This document shows positions 41,138 to 51,031 of a stretch of DNA of 64,000 nucleotides, one piece after another. Each line of letters begins with the position of its first letter. The stretch's first letter is position 1. Below the pieces are notes generated by a model. That model had not been told where the DNA came from and made no database searches. It worked only from the letters and a program-made list of their open reading frames with translations. Source of the stretch: an uncultured candidate division Zixibacteria bacterium (GTDB lineage Bacteria; Zixibacteria; MSB-5A5; GN15; FEB-12); the NCBI GenBank assembly GCA_963806185.1, contig CAWDXE010000001.1:128001-192000 (forward strand), written 5' to 3'. A program made the position numbers and the translations under genes.

Positions 41138-41890
41138 ATGCTGCCACCCGCTCTGTTCGTCACCCTCGCCCGGATGGAATTCCCTGGCGACGCCATTACC
41201 TTTCAAAAATCGGTGCCTACCTTCCATCCCAATAATTCCGACGAGACGGCCCGCTTCCTAAAATTGGCCAACGAGCACAGACAACCCATTTTTGTCACCG
41301 GCTTTGGCAACAATATCGATCCGATTGGCGAACCATTTGTCAATATGACCGCCATCCGCACCGACCGCCTCAATGACCTGATCGAAATCAACCCCGGCGA
41401 CCTCTTCGTCACCGTCGGCGCCGGCTACCCGTTGCGCGAGCTCAATCTCCAACTGGAACGTGAAGGCCTCTTTCTCCCGCACGCCGACCTGCCGTACGTC
41501 GGTTCCGTCGGCGGCGCTGTGGCGGTTAACCTGTCGGCCGATCTCAACGGCCACGATTGGCCAATCAAGAAGTACCTGATCAAGGCCGAGGTGGTCACGC
41601 CGGAGGGTGACATAATCAAACCCGGCTCGGTCTGCTTCAAATCGGTCTCCGGGTACGACGTCGTCAAAATCTTCGCCCCCTCGTGGGGACTGCTCGGACT
41701 GATCGTCAACGCCACCTTCCGCGTCCTGCCGATCACCGCAAAACACGAGTATTCTGCCCTGAAAATGAAAGCAATCGACCGCTTGCACTTTCTGTCCGGC
41801 CTGTCCCCGGAAAACACCGCCGTCGATGCGGTTTACTCGCGCAAAATCAAAGAAAAATTCGACCCGAACGGAATCTTGCCGGTTGTCTGA
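41138..41890 (+). CDS. FAD-binding oxidoreductase (GlcE/GlcD-like)
   Basis: DLFVTVGAG, GSVGGAVA, KSVSGYDVVKIF, WGLLGLI, IKEKFDPNGIL. Confidence 0.85.
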   Translation: MLPPALFVTLARMEFPGDAITFQKSVPTFHPNNSDETARFLKLANEHRQPIFVTGFGNNIDPIGEPFVNMTAIRTDRLNDLIEINPGDLFVTVGAGYPLRELNLQLEREGLFLPHADLPYVGSVGGAVAVNLSADLNGHDWPIKKYLIKAEVVTPEGDIIKPGSVCFKSVSGYDVVKIFAPSWGLLGLIVNATFRVLPITAKHEYSALKMKAIDRLHFLSGLSPENTAVDAVYSRKIKEKFDPNGILPVV

Positions 41891-41937
41891 GCGGTTGTAG
41901 AGGTTGAATTTGGAAGACGAAGGAGAGGTGACCTCGT

Positions 41938-42325
41938 ATGTCAAACACGCGCGCAGCCAAAGGCTCTACCGTCGCCGTCCTCGGCGCCTCGCCAAAAGAA
42001 GATAGATATTCCTATAAGGCAGTTGTCATGCTCGGTGAACATGGCCACCACCCCATTCCTGTGCACCCGGCAGGACACGCCGTCAACGGTATCCCCGGCA
42101 AAACATCGCTCGACGAGATCACCGGCCCCATCGATACCCTGACTATCTATGTGAACGCCGACATCTCTTCTCTAGGAGTACGACCGGATCATCCGTCTCA
42201 AGCCGCGTCGCGTCATTTTCAACCCCGGTGCGGAAAACGAGGCTCTGGCCGCCAAACTGGAGGCCGCCGGTATTGAGGTCGTCCGCGCCTGCACGCTGGT
42301 TTTGCTGCACACGGGGCAGTTCTAA
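41938..42325 (+). CDS. CoA-binding protein (YccU-like; frameshift near 42170)
   Basis: VAVLGASPKEDRYSY, PVHP, IDTLTIYV; then PRRVIFNPGAEN...ACTLVLLHTGQF* in the next frame. Confidence 0.85.
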
Positions 42326-42441
42326 GACGGGGATACCCGGTCCCACTCTTGAGGACCGGGACGTATCACGGATTCGAAAGCGGCCCAAACCTTAGTAATC
42401 GCTTTTCTCAAACGCACAGTCGAAATATATTCATCCATTCC

Positions 42442-43437
42442 ATGAATCTCTCGCCCCGCAAAGCCCTGTACGTCTTCCTCGCCATGGTCGTCTTCATTTT
42501 CGCCCAGGCCGTCTGGTGGGTCATCTTTATGGCCCAACTGACCGGCGAAAAAGTCGACATGGCTCGCGAACTCTCCGGCGATCCCGAATTCGTTGCCCGT
42601 ATCCACGACCAGGAAATCCAGCGCCAGATCATGCTCGGCTTCGAGGGCACCTTCTTCCTTCTCGTCTTTCTCGCCGGTATCTGGCTCATTTACCGCTCGC
42701 TCGTGAAAGCCGAAGAACTCAAATTCCATCAGCAGAATTTCCTCATGGCCGTCACTCACGAATTGAAAACGCCCCTCGCTTCCATGCGTATCTATCTCGA
42801 CACGCTCCTGTCGTCAAAAATCGCGCCGGAGAAAAAGGAAGCCATTGTCCCCAAACTGAAAGAGGATGTCGGCCGCCTCGAAAAACTGGTTGAGGATATT
42901 CTCGAGGCAGGCCGCTTCGAACGCAGCGGCTACAAATTGCAGGGAGATAACTTCGATTTCTCAGCCTTGATCGCTGAACGCGCCCGGGCGCTCACCAATC
43001 TGCCCAGCCAGATCACCAAGCATGTCGAGTCTGACATTGAACCGGAGATCATAGTCTGGGGCGACCAGTCCGCCTTGCGGCGGGCCATCGACGCCATCAT
43101 GGAAAACAGCCTGAAGTATCACGATGGCGACCGTATCGACGTCGCCATGACTCTGCGCGCCGACGGCGACAAGGTGCACTTGAAAATTGCCGACAAGGGA
43201 GTCGGCTTCGATCGCAAAGAAGCCCACGCCCTGTTCGAACGATTTTATCGCGCCGGCAGTGAAATGACCCGCCAGGCCCAGGGCAGCGGCCTCGGATTGT
43301 ATCTCTGCCGGGAGATCATCAAGGCTCACGGCGGCACGGTAATCGCCCATTCGGACGGCCACGGCAAAGGAGCCGCCTTTCTCGTAACGCTCAAACGCGG
43401 ATCGAAATATGAAAACAATTCTGCTCGTCGAGGATGA
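42442..43437 (+). CDS. Membrane sensor histidine kinase
   Basis: Two TM helices, AVTHELKTPL, NSLKY, DKGVG, FERFYR, GSGLGL. Confidence 0.92.
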   Translation: MNLSPRKALYVFLAMVVFIFAQAVWWVIFMAQLTGEKVDMARELSGDPEFVARIHDQEIQRQIMLGFEGTFFLLVFLAGIWLIYRSLVKAEELKFHQQNFLMAVTHELKTPLASMRIYLDTLLSSKIAPEKKEAIVPKLKEDVGRLEKLVEDILEAGRFERSGYKLQGDNFDFSALIAERARALTNLPSQITKHVESDIEPEIIVWGDQSALRRAIDAIMENSLKYHDGDRIDVAMTLRADGDKVHLKIADKGVGFDRKEAHALFERFYRAGSEMTRQAQGSGLGLYLCREIIKAHGGTVIAHSDGHGKGAAFLVTLKRGSKYENNSARRG

Positions 43438-44110
43438 TCAGCATCTCGCTGACGGCCTCCAGATGAATCTCGAGGCCGAAGGGTACCAGGTCGTGCACGC
43501 CGCCGACGGCCTGCACGTGCTCGATATCTATGGTAAGGGGAACTTCGATCTCATTCTGCTGGATATCATGCTCCCCGGTAAAGACGGCCTCACGATCTGC
43601 AAGCGAAATCCGCGCCGAGGGCGGCATCCTGCCGATACTCTTCCTCACCGCGCGCGGCCAGACGGAAGAGCGCATCGAGGGTCTGCTGGCCGGCGGCGAC
43701 GACTATATCGTCAAGCCGTTTGACGTTCAGGAACTGATGGCCCGCATTCAGGGCATCTTCCGCCGTCAGGCCTGGCTCGCCTCCGAAGAGACGCTCACCG
43801 GCGCCTACGAATGGGACGACCGCAAGGTCGATTTCAAAACGTTCGTGGCTTCGGGACCGAACGGTCGTCCACCAACTCACTCGCAAAGAATGTATGGTCG
43901 TCAAATATCTGGTCGAACGCGCCGGCCAGGTCGTCAGTCGCGATCAGTTGCTCGACGCCGTCTGGGGATACCACATCTACCCCACCAATCGCACGATCGA
44001 CAACTTCATTCTCAAACTGCGGAAGATCTTCGAGGACGACCCAAAGGAACCCGAAATATTTCGAGACCATTCGCGGCGTCGGCTATCGCTTCACCCGGAG
44101 TCAGCCATGA
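43409..44110 (+). CDS. OmpR-family response regulator (about three frameshifts)
   Basis: ILLVEDD, LDIMLPGKDG / LTAR, GGDDYIVKPF / SRDQLLDAVWG, RTIDNFILKLR / ETIRGVGYRF across ORFs 43409, 43530, 43894 and 43811. Confidence 0.88.
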
Positions 44111-44459
44111 TCGGCAATTCGCCGAACAAATCTCCTCGTTATCAAGCCACATGTTCGGTCGTACGAGGAATCGCTCAGCGCGCCAAGGGCGTGACGCTGG
44201 TAATCACGCCGAAGGAATCCGAATGGCCCGGCTGGCTCTGGTGCACGGCGCCTGACGGCCGCTCCGGCTGGGTACCGCAGGCGTTCGTGAATACAGGAAG
44301 ATCAATCGCGCGATCCTGCTCCGCGATTACGACGCCGTCGAGTTGACCGTCAGTCCCGGTGAAATGCTCACCGTGCTCGAACGAGTCGCCGGCTGGGCCT
44401 GGTGCCGCAACGCCAAAGGCGAACTCGGATGGGTTCCGAACGATTGTATCAACGGTTGA
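44107..44459 (+). CDS. Small tandem SH3-domain protein (frameshifted)
   Basis: EWPGWLWC...SGWVP, then RDYDAVELTVSPGE...GWAWC...GELGWVP. Confidence 0.7.
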
Positions 44460-44471
44460 TTGTTTCCAATT

Positions 44472-45059
44472 ATGATTTCACTGATCTTCGGCCTCGGTAA
44501 CCCCGGCAAAAAATACGCCGGCACTCGCCATAACGTCGGCTACGATGTCGTCTCGACGGTCGCTTCCCGCCTTCGTGCCACTCCGCAACCTCCGCACGAT
44601 CTCTATCAATGGTCAACTTTCGAGCGACCAGCCTCACGCATTGTGCTCGCCTGGCCCACCACCTTTATGAATCTCTCCGGCCATGCCGTGACCGAGCTTC
44701 TGGCGGAGACTCAGATCGATCTGGCCAATATTCTGGTCGTCGTGGATGATTTTAATCTCTCCTTGGGTACGACGCGGATACGCTCGGAGGGTTCCGACGG
44801 CGGTCACAATGGCCTCGCGTCGATTATTGAATCTATTGGCAGCCAACAGTTTGCCCGCGTCCGGGTCGGCCTTGGCCCCCTCTTGCCTGACTTCAGTGTC
44901 ATCGATTTCGTGCTAAGCCGCTTTTCTGAGGCAGAACGCGTAGAAATCGATAAGGCGGTTGACTTTGCCGCCGAGGCCTGTATATTCGCACTGGACAATC
45001 CGCTGGAAACAACGATGTCCAAGTACAACAGAAACCCTGCCCTGCCGGAAAATTCCTGA
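44472..45059 (+). CDS. pth: Peptidyl-tRNA hydrolase
   Basis: GLGNPGKKYAGTRHNVG, PTTFMNLSG, GSDGGHNGL. Confidence 0.95.
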   Translation: MISLIFGLGNPGKKYAGTRHNVGYDVVSTVASRLRATPQPPHDLYQWSTFERPASRIVLAWPTTFMNLSGHAVTELLAETQIDLANILVVVDDFNLSLGTTRIRSEGSDGGHNGLASIIESIGSQQFARVRVGLGPLLPDFSVIDFVLSRFSEAERVEIDKAVDFAAEACIFALDNPLETTMSKYNRNPALPENS

Positions 45060-45113
45060 AATCCACGACGGGGCCGTTTGACCTTTAACCAACGTCCGTA
45101 GGGAGGATTTGTA
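45032..45113 (+). promoter_or_regulatory. Putative S6:S18-binding rpsF leader
   Basis: CCCTGCCC...GGGGCCG...GGGAGG matches the known pattern of a stem, unpaired CCG and SD pairing. Confidence 0.45.
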
Positions 45114-45686
45114 GTGAATCGCTACGAAACTACCTTTATTCTCAATTCCCAGGCCGACGATGCTACCATCGATCGTCAGGTCAAGGCTGTCTCCGATATC
45201 ATCACCACGAATGGCGGCGCCATTTTGCATGAGGATCGGATGGGCACCCGCCGACTGGCGTATGAAATTGCCGGTCTGACTCAGGGATACTACATGAGCT
45301 TCATCTTCGAAGCCCCGGCTGGCGTCCTGCCGTTGCTCGAGCGCCATTACAAGCTCGAGGAACCGTATGTCCGCCACCTCACCGTTATCTTCGACGCCGA
45401 CCTCGAGGCCGTCAAGAAGGGCCCGTCTCTGTTTGAGTCGGTCTTCGAGCGTCCCGACCGTGGCGAGGCCGATGGCGGCCGTCGCGACGGCCGTCGTGGC
45501 CACTGGGGTGATCGTGACAATCGCGGTGGTGGCGACCGCTGGGATCGCGGCGACCGTGGCGGCCGCGATGATCGTGGCGATCATCGCCCGCATGACCGTG
45601 GCCCGCGTCGCTTTGACTCCGCCCCCTCGGCTCCTCAGCCGCCGCGGAGTAATCCCGGTGAATCGTCATCGGGGAGCAACTCCTGA
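45114..45686 (+). CDS. rpsF: 30S ribosomal protein S6 with long R/G/D-rich C-terminal extension
   Basis: NRYETTFIL, GTRRLAYEI, GYY, VRHL. Confidence 0.95.
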   Translation: MNRYETTFILNSQADDATIDRQVKAVSDIITTNGGAILHEDRMGTRRLAYEIAGLTQGYYMSFIFEAPAGVLPLLERHYKLEEPYVRHLTVIFDADLEAVKKGPSLFESVFERPDRGEADGGRRDGRRGHWGDRDNRGGGDRWDRGDRGGRDDRGDHRPHDRGPRRFDSAPSAPQPPRSNPGESSSGSNS

Positions 45687-45731
45687 TGTGGCCCCGCCCA
45701 AAGCGAAGAAACTGATTGAAAGGATAGATCC

Positions 45732-45992
45732 ATGGCCTATTATCGCAATAACGAAGAACGCGGCGACGGCGAAAAGAAACGCAAAAAGATCTGCCGGTTC
45801 TGCGAGAATAAAATCAACTATATCGACCACAAGAACGAACGTCTCCTCCGTCGGTTCTGCACCGAACGTGGCAAGATTGTTCCCCGCCGGATTTCCGGTA
45901 ACTGCGCCATACATCAGCGCAAGCTGACCGTGGCTATTAAACGTGGTCGTCATCTGGCAATTATGCCGTTTGTCGCCGAATCGTACCGCTAG
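45732..45992 (+). CDS. rpsR: 30S ribosomal protein S18 (zinc-binding type)
   Basis: [32 protein letters not shown]. Confidence 0.97.
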   Translation: MAYYRNNEERGDGEKKRKKICRFCENKINYIDHKNERLLRRFCTERGKIVPRRISGNCAIHQRKLTVAIKRGRHLAIMPFVAESYR

Positions 45993-46040
45993 TCGGACGA
46001 TTCAGGAAAACTGTTGCTTCGATTTTACCGTGAGGTTACC

Positions 46041-46487
46041 ATGAAAGTGATTTTGCGCGAAGATATTCCGGATCTCGGTACGGCGGGACAGACGATTGAA
46101 GTCAAGGCCGGCTACGGCCGCAACTTCCTCATCCCCCGCAACCTGGCCATTCCCGCGACCAAGGGCAATCTCCGCTCGGTCGACGAGATTCAGCGCCAGA
46201 AAGACATCCGGACCAAAAAACGCCGTCGAGCGGCCGAGGTCGTCAAAGACAAAGTCGAGAAGATCTCGCTCGAGATCGAAGTGCTGGTCGGCGAAGAAGA
46301 CCGCCTGTTCGGGTCGGTCACCAGCAATGACATCGCCGAGCTGATCGGCGCCAACGGTGTTACGGTCGACAAGCGGGCCATCCAGCTCGAAGAACCCATC
46401 AAGGCGCTCGGCTGGTACACCGTGCCGATCAAGATAGACAAGGATGTAACCGCGAGTATTCGGGTGTTCGTAAAAAAGAAACTGTAA
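46041..46487 (+). CDS. rplI: 50S ribosomal protein L9
   Basis: MKVILREDI..LG..G..IEVKAGYGRNFLIP, LFGSVT, EPIKALG. Confidence 0.97.
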   Translation: MKVILREDIPDLGTAGQTIEVKAGYGRNFLIPRNLAIPATKGNLRSVDEIQRQKDIRTKKRRRAAEVVKDKVEKISLEIEVLVGEEDRLFGSVTSNDIAELIGANGVTVDKRAIQLEEPIKALGWYTVPIKIDKDVTASIRVFVKKKL

Positions 46488-46490
46488 CAC

Positions 46491-47018
46491 ATGAATATGC
46501 TTGAGGTCAAACTGGAAGGTCTGGCCCTCGATATGACCACCAATTCTCCGGTGGTCATCCTCTCGCCGGCCGGTCTCGAAAAGGTGCTGCCCATCTGGAT
46601 CGGCCACGCCGAAGCCTGGGCCATCGCCATGGAACTCTCCGGCGTCGGCTCGCGCCGCCCGATGACCCACGATCTGATCAAACACGTCATCGAAGCCATG
46701 CACGGCCACGTCGAACGAGTCGAGATTACCGAACTCCGCGAGCAGACCTTCTTTGCTTTGATCCATCTCCGTTGCGACGGGCAAACGATGACCGTCGATG
46801 CCCGTCCGTCCGATTCCATTGCCCTGGCCCTCAAATGCGGGGTCAGCATCTATGTCAACGAGGAGCTGTTCAACCTGGCCGCGTCGGCAACCATGGGCGA
46901 CGCATCCGAACCGGATGCCCCCAATGATACGCCGCCGATGGGTCCAATCGACCGCGAGACGTTGCGCGAACGGCTCCGTAAGATCAACCCGGAAGATTTC
47001 GGCAAATTCTCACTCTGA
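46491..47018 (+). CDS. Bifunctional nuclease (DUF151) family protein
   Basis: LPIWIGHAEA, RPMTHDL, DARPSDSIALA. Confidence 0.92.
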   Translation: MNMLEVKLEGLALDMTTNSPVVILSPAGLEKVLPIWIGHAEAWAIAMELSGVGSRRPMTHDLIKHVIEAMHGHVERVEITELREQTFFALIHLRCDGQTMTVDARPSDSIALALKCGVSIYVNEELFNLAASATMGDASEPDAPNDTPPMGPIDRETLRERLRKINPEDFGKFSL

Positions 47019-48802
47019 TGCGCACTCATCGCGTATGGCTGGCGCTGCTTTTGCTCGTGTTCGCCGCCGTCGGCGTACGCGGCGATGATATTACGGATGA
47101 ACCGGACGCCGTCTCGGCCTACACCCGCGGCCTCCGCCTCATGCGCGAAAGCAATTATCTCGACGCCGCTCGCACCTTCCACGATCTCGCGGACAAGTTC
47201 GCAAACTCTCCCAATCGCGACCTGTTCCTCTTCAACGCCGCCAAAGCCGAGTACCACCTCGGTGACCTCCCCAAGGCGAACGCGACCTTCGACGAACTGC
47301 TCACTCAGTTCCCCGACAACTCGCTTCGCCCCTTCGTAAAATTCTTCCAGGGCAACATCCTCTACGCACAGGGTCGCATTCAACGCGCGCTCGACACCTG
47401 GACCACCGCCTACCCGCTGGCACAGATCGACGATCGCCTCCGTAGCCTGACTCGCGCGTCGATCACCGCCGCCGTCCTGGCCGACGAGACCCGACTCAAT
47501 CTGCTGCGCATCGACTCACTGCCAAGGGATCTGCGCTGTGAGCTCGCGCGTCATATTGCCGACGCTTTTTCCGAAGAGAAACGCCTCACCGCCGCCCAAC
47601 AGGCGCTCGCGCTCTGTTCCGACATGGATCGGGCGGTGAAGTCGCAACTCGATTCGAGCATCGCCAGGCAGAATATCGAGATCGCCATCGTCCTCCCGTT
47701 TTCCGGCGAACTCGCCGATTACGCCGATGAAATCTTCCAGGGGGCGGTGATCGCCGCCGAAGAGCAGTCGGCCGCCATCGGCCGCACCATCCATCTCACG
47801 ACCTATGATACCAAGGGTGAGCCGCTCGAGGCCGCACGCATCATCAAAGACCTCGCCCGCTCTCAGGTCCTGGCCGCCGTCGGTCCGTTGACCTCCGAAG
47901 AAGCCGGCGTCGTCTCTGCCGCCAACGGCTGTGACCCGCTGCCCATCGTCATACCCGCCGCCACCGAGGCCGGCCTGACTCGACTCAGCCAGACGACCTT
48001 TCAACTCTCACCCAATATCGAACTGCAGGGTATCGCCGCCGCAGATTACGCCGTCTCCGTCCTCAAAGCCGACTCCGCCGCCATCATCAGTCCTACGACT
48101 TCCGAATGCACTCGGCTTACCGACGCTTTCAGCCGCCGCTTCAAACAGCTCGGCGGGAAAATACTGGCGGTGGAATATTACCGACCCCGGGACAAAGACT
48201 TCGGCCCCTATTTGCGCGATTTGAAACTGGCCGTCCGCGGCCGCCCCCTTGATTCTGCCGTCTACATCAACCAGCGCGGCGACACGCTTGAATCGGACGG
48301 CTACCCCGCGGCAGTGGATTGCCTCTTCCTCCCCGGCGACGTCGAACACCTCCGCCAACTACTGCCGCAACTCAATTTCTACGGCATCACCGCGCAGTAT
48401 CTGGGTTCCGATGCCTGGGGCGATGAAATGATCTGTCGCCTCGGCGCTGACAACACGAAACAGGCAGTCTTCCCTTCCCCGTTCATGGTTGATGAGAACT
48501 CCGAGTCTTTCGTCAAACTCAGATCGGCCTTCGACGCCCGTCTCGGCCGCCGCCCCCAGCGCCTGGCTTCACTCGGTTATGATGCCGTCACCGTGATCGC
48601 CCGTGCCATCGGCAAGGATACCCCCAATCGCGATCACCTTGTCGACCGGTTGATTCACCTGCCGCCGCTCGCGGGCGCCGCCGGCCGCATCGTCTTTGGC
48701 CTCCACCGGGAGAATGTCGCCATGCCGATGTACCGCATCCGCGATGGTGTCGCCGTCCCGCTGGGCGTGCAGACCATTTCCGAGTTTCCAACGGCCCGGT
48801 GA
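47018..48802 (+). CDS. LpoA/LppC-like protein (TPR N-terminus + type 1 periplasmic-binding fold)
   Basis: Signal peptide, TPRs, IAIVLPFSG, YDTKG, AVGPL, ASLGYDA, GAAGRIVF. Confidence 0.8.
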   Translation: MRTHRVWLALLLLVFAAVGVRGDDITDEPDAVSAYTRGLRLMRESNYLDAARTFHDLADKFANSPNRDLFLFNAAKAEYHLGDLPKANATFDELLTQFPDNSLRPFVKFFQGNILYAQGRIQRALDTWTTAYPLAQIDDRLRSLTRASITAAVLADETRLNLLRIDSLPRDLRCELARHIADAFSEEKRLTAAQQALALCSDMDRAVKSQLDSSIARQNIEIAIVLPFSGELADYADEIFQGAVIAAEEQSAAIGRTIHLTTYDTKGEPLEAARIIKDLARSQVLAAVGPLTSEEAGVVSAANGCDPLPIVIPAATEAGLTRLSQTTFQLSPNIELQGIAAADYAVSVLKADSAAIISPTTSECTRLTDAFSRRFKQLGGKILAVEYYRPRDKDFGPYLRDLKLAVRGRPLDSAVYINQRGDTLESDGYPAAVDCLFLPGDVEHLRQLLPQLNFYGITAQYLGSDAWGDEMICRLGADNTKQAVFPSPFMVDENSESFVKLRSAFDARLGRRPQRLASLGYDAVTVIARAIGKDTPNRDHLVDRLIHLPPLAGAAGRIVFGLHRENVAMPMYRIRDGVAVPLGVQTISEFPTAR

Positions 48803-48884
48803 GCCGCGCGATGTGGGCCGACGATCAGTTGTTTTCACGCCGCCCGTCCTCTATATTCCATGAAAAGAAGCTAAAGGAGTTCCG

Positions 48885-49091
48885 GTGACGGATAACAAAA
48901 TAGCCATCAAGATGGTCATCGACGGTAAAGAGCGCGACGTCTCGTTTGAGGAGCTGGCTCTCTCCAATAATCTCGCCCAGGAAGCGCTCGTGCGCTTGCT
49001 TATTGACAAGAAGCTCTTCACCCCGAAAGAATTGCTCGACATGATGGAAACCGTCAAACGCGAACGCTACCGCCACCCGGACGAAAAGTAA
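48885..49091 (+). CDS. Small hypothetical protein
   Basis: SD AAAGGAG before GTG; 68 aa; operon context. Confidence 0.7.
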   Translation: MTDNKIAIKMVIDGKERDVSFEELALSNNLAQEALVRLLIDKKLFTPKELLDMMETVKRERYRHPDEK

Positions 49092-49097
49092 TCGGCC

Positions 49098-49586
49098 ATG
49101 ACTGATCCCCGGATACAGGACGCCGCCGACTCAACTGTCATACCCGACGAGGGCGCGGTGCTAACTTGGACCGTCCATCCGATGAAACGGCGACCGCTCG
49201 TCGCCGTCGCGGTCACGCTCTTCATCATGTTGATTGGCGCCATTGTCTTCTATTCCACCGAATCGCGCCTCTTTGCCGTGCTGGCCCTGGTCATCCTCTT
49301 TGCGTCGGTGGCAAAATATTATTTTCCCACCAGCTACCGCCTGACCGACCGCAAAATCACGGTCAAGTCCACCACGCAGACTCTCCACAAAGAGTGGTCG
49401 CTCTATCGCAGCTGCTGGCCCGACAAAAACGGTATCCTGCTCTCACCCTTCGCCGAACAGTCGCGCCTGGAGAATTTCCGGGGCATCTATCTTCTCTTCA
49501 ACGACAACAAGGAGGCGGTTACCGCTTTCGTCAAGGCACGCCTCAACCGCGACTTCGAAACCCCATCGTCAGGAGACAAGGCGTGA
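49098..49586 (+). CDS. Hypothetical two-TM membrane protein
   Basis: Two hydrophobic helices plus a soluble domain; tight operon spacing. Confidence 0.75.
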   Translation: MTDPRIQDAADSTVIPDEGAVLTWTVHPMKRRPLVAVAVTLFIMLIGAIVFYSTESRLFAVLALVILFASVAKYYFPTSYRLTDRKITVKSTTQTLHKEWSLYRSCWPDKNGILLSPFAEQSRLENFRGIYLLFNDNKEAVTAFVKARLNRDFETPSSGDKA

Positions 49587-50029
49587 ACTATTTCGGCGGC
49601 TCCTCCCAGCTTCCTCCCGGCGGATCGCGCCTGGCCGAAGACGAAGACTTGGTACTCGCTAAACTCGCCGGCAAAGTCGTCGATCGCGGCTTCACCGTCC
49701 CGGCCATTCTCTTCCTCGAATCGGTCAAACCGCTCAATTACATCGGCTCGCAAGCCCTGGTCTTTTTCGAACCGATCGTGCAAAGCTTGTTCAATTTCAA
49801 GGAATACGACACCTTCCGCACCGCCCTTGAAAAACGTGAATCCATCGAGGTACTCATCCAGAAGATCGAAGCCATGGACGCCGTTGCGCTCGTCAAAGAA
49901 AAACGCCTGAAAGCATATATTAAAGAGCAGAAGAAAAGCTGGCGATGGTATCAGCGCTGGCTCGGCGTCTTCACGCCGAAAGTCGATCCGCCCGACTCGG
50001 TCCTTAATCCGCCCGACGAAAAGAAGTAA
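49583..50029 (+). CDS. Hypothetical protein
   Basis: GTGA overlap, SD AGGAG; VPAILFLESVKPLNYIGSQ segment. Confidence 0.75.
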   Translation: MNYFGGSSQLPPGGSRLAEDEDLVLAKLAGKVVDRGFTVPAILFLESVKPLNYIGSQALVFFEPIVQSLFNFKEYDTFRTALEKRESIEVLIQKIEAMDAVALVKEKRLKAYIKEQKKSWRWYQRWLGVFTPKVDPPDSVLNPPDEKK

Positions 50030-50040
50030 TCCCAAGCGCT

Positions 50041-51031
50041 ATGCCGACCGCCGCCGACATCAAGCAGCTCGCCTATGATGCCGGCTTTGATCTGTGCGGC
50101 ATTGTCTCTCCCGAGGTTGTCCCGGAGGCGCGCGAACGATACCTCCGCTGGCTCGAACGAGGCTACCATGGCGACATGACCTATCTCGCGAAAGAACACG
50201 ATCGGCGCACCGACCCCGCTCGGCTCGCCGATAACGTTCGCTCCGTCATCATGCTCGGCCTCAACTATTACCAGAAGAATTCACCGAATACACCCCCCGG
50301 CCACGGTGTCGTCGCCCGTTATGCCAGGGGACGCGACTATCACAAAGTGATGGAGTCAAAACTCAAGAAGTTGGTGCGGCTCATCCGCAAGTCGGCTGGC
50401 GATGAAGCCGCTGCTCAAAGCGTATGTCGACTACGGCCCCCTGCTCGAACGCACCTACGCCGCCAAAGCGGGACTGGGGTTTCTCGGCAAAAATTCAATG
50501 CTGATCAACCACCGCTTCGGCTCCTGGATTCTGCTTTCCGAGATTGTCACCAGCCTCGATCTCGCGCCCGATGACCAGTTCGCAGTCAATCACGGCACCT
50601 GCGGAAAATGCAAACGATGTATGACCTTCTGCCCCACCGGCGCTATCATCAAGCCGGGCGTGGTCGATGCTACCCGGTGCATTTCCTACCTCACTATTGA
50701 ACGCCCGTCGGCGATCCCGCCCGACCTCGCCGCCTTGATGGGCGATGCCCTGTTCGGCTGTGACATTTGCCAGGAAGTCTGCCCGTACAACCTGAAGTCA
50801 ATCGTCACGCCGCACCCCGAGTTTCTCCCGGAAAACGGCGTGGGCGAATCGGTCAACCTCGGGAAACTGTTGAAGCTGCAATCGCGGGAGGAATTTCTCA
50901 AACTGACTGCGGGTACTCCGCTGACGCGGGCCAAACTCGAGGGCCTGCAGCGCACTGCCCGCATCGCCCTTGAAAACGAAAAGCGGCAGGAGAAACTCCC
51001 GCCGCCCGACAAGCCGAAAAAGACGTCCTGA
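50041..51031 (+). CDS. queG: tRNA epoxyqueuosine reductase (frameshift near 50410)
   Basis: [74 protein letters not shown]. Confidence 0.93.

Noticed and set aside
43409..44346. Programmed frameshifting or a regulator-SH3 fusion
   Set aside because: Several independent indels with no consistent slippery site; best explained as sequence error
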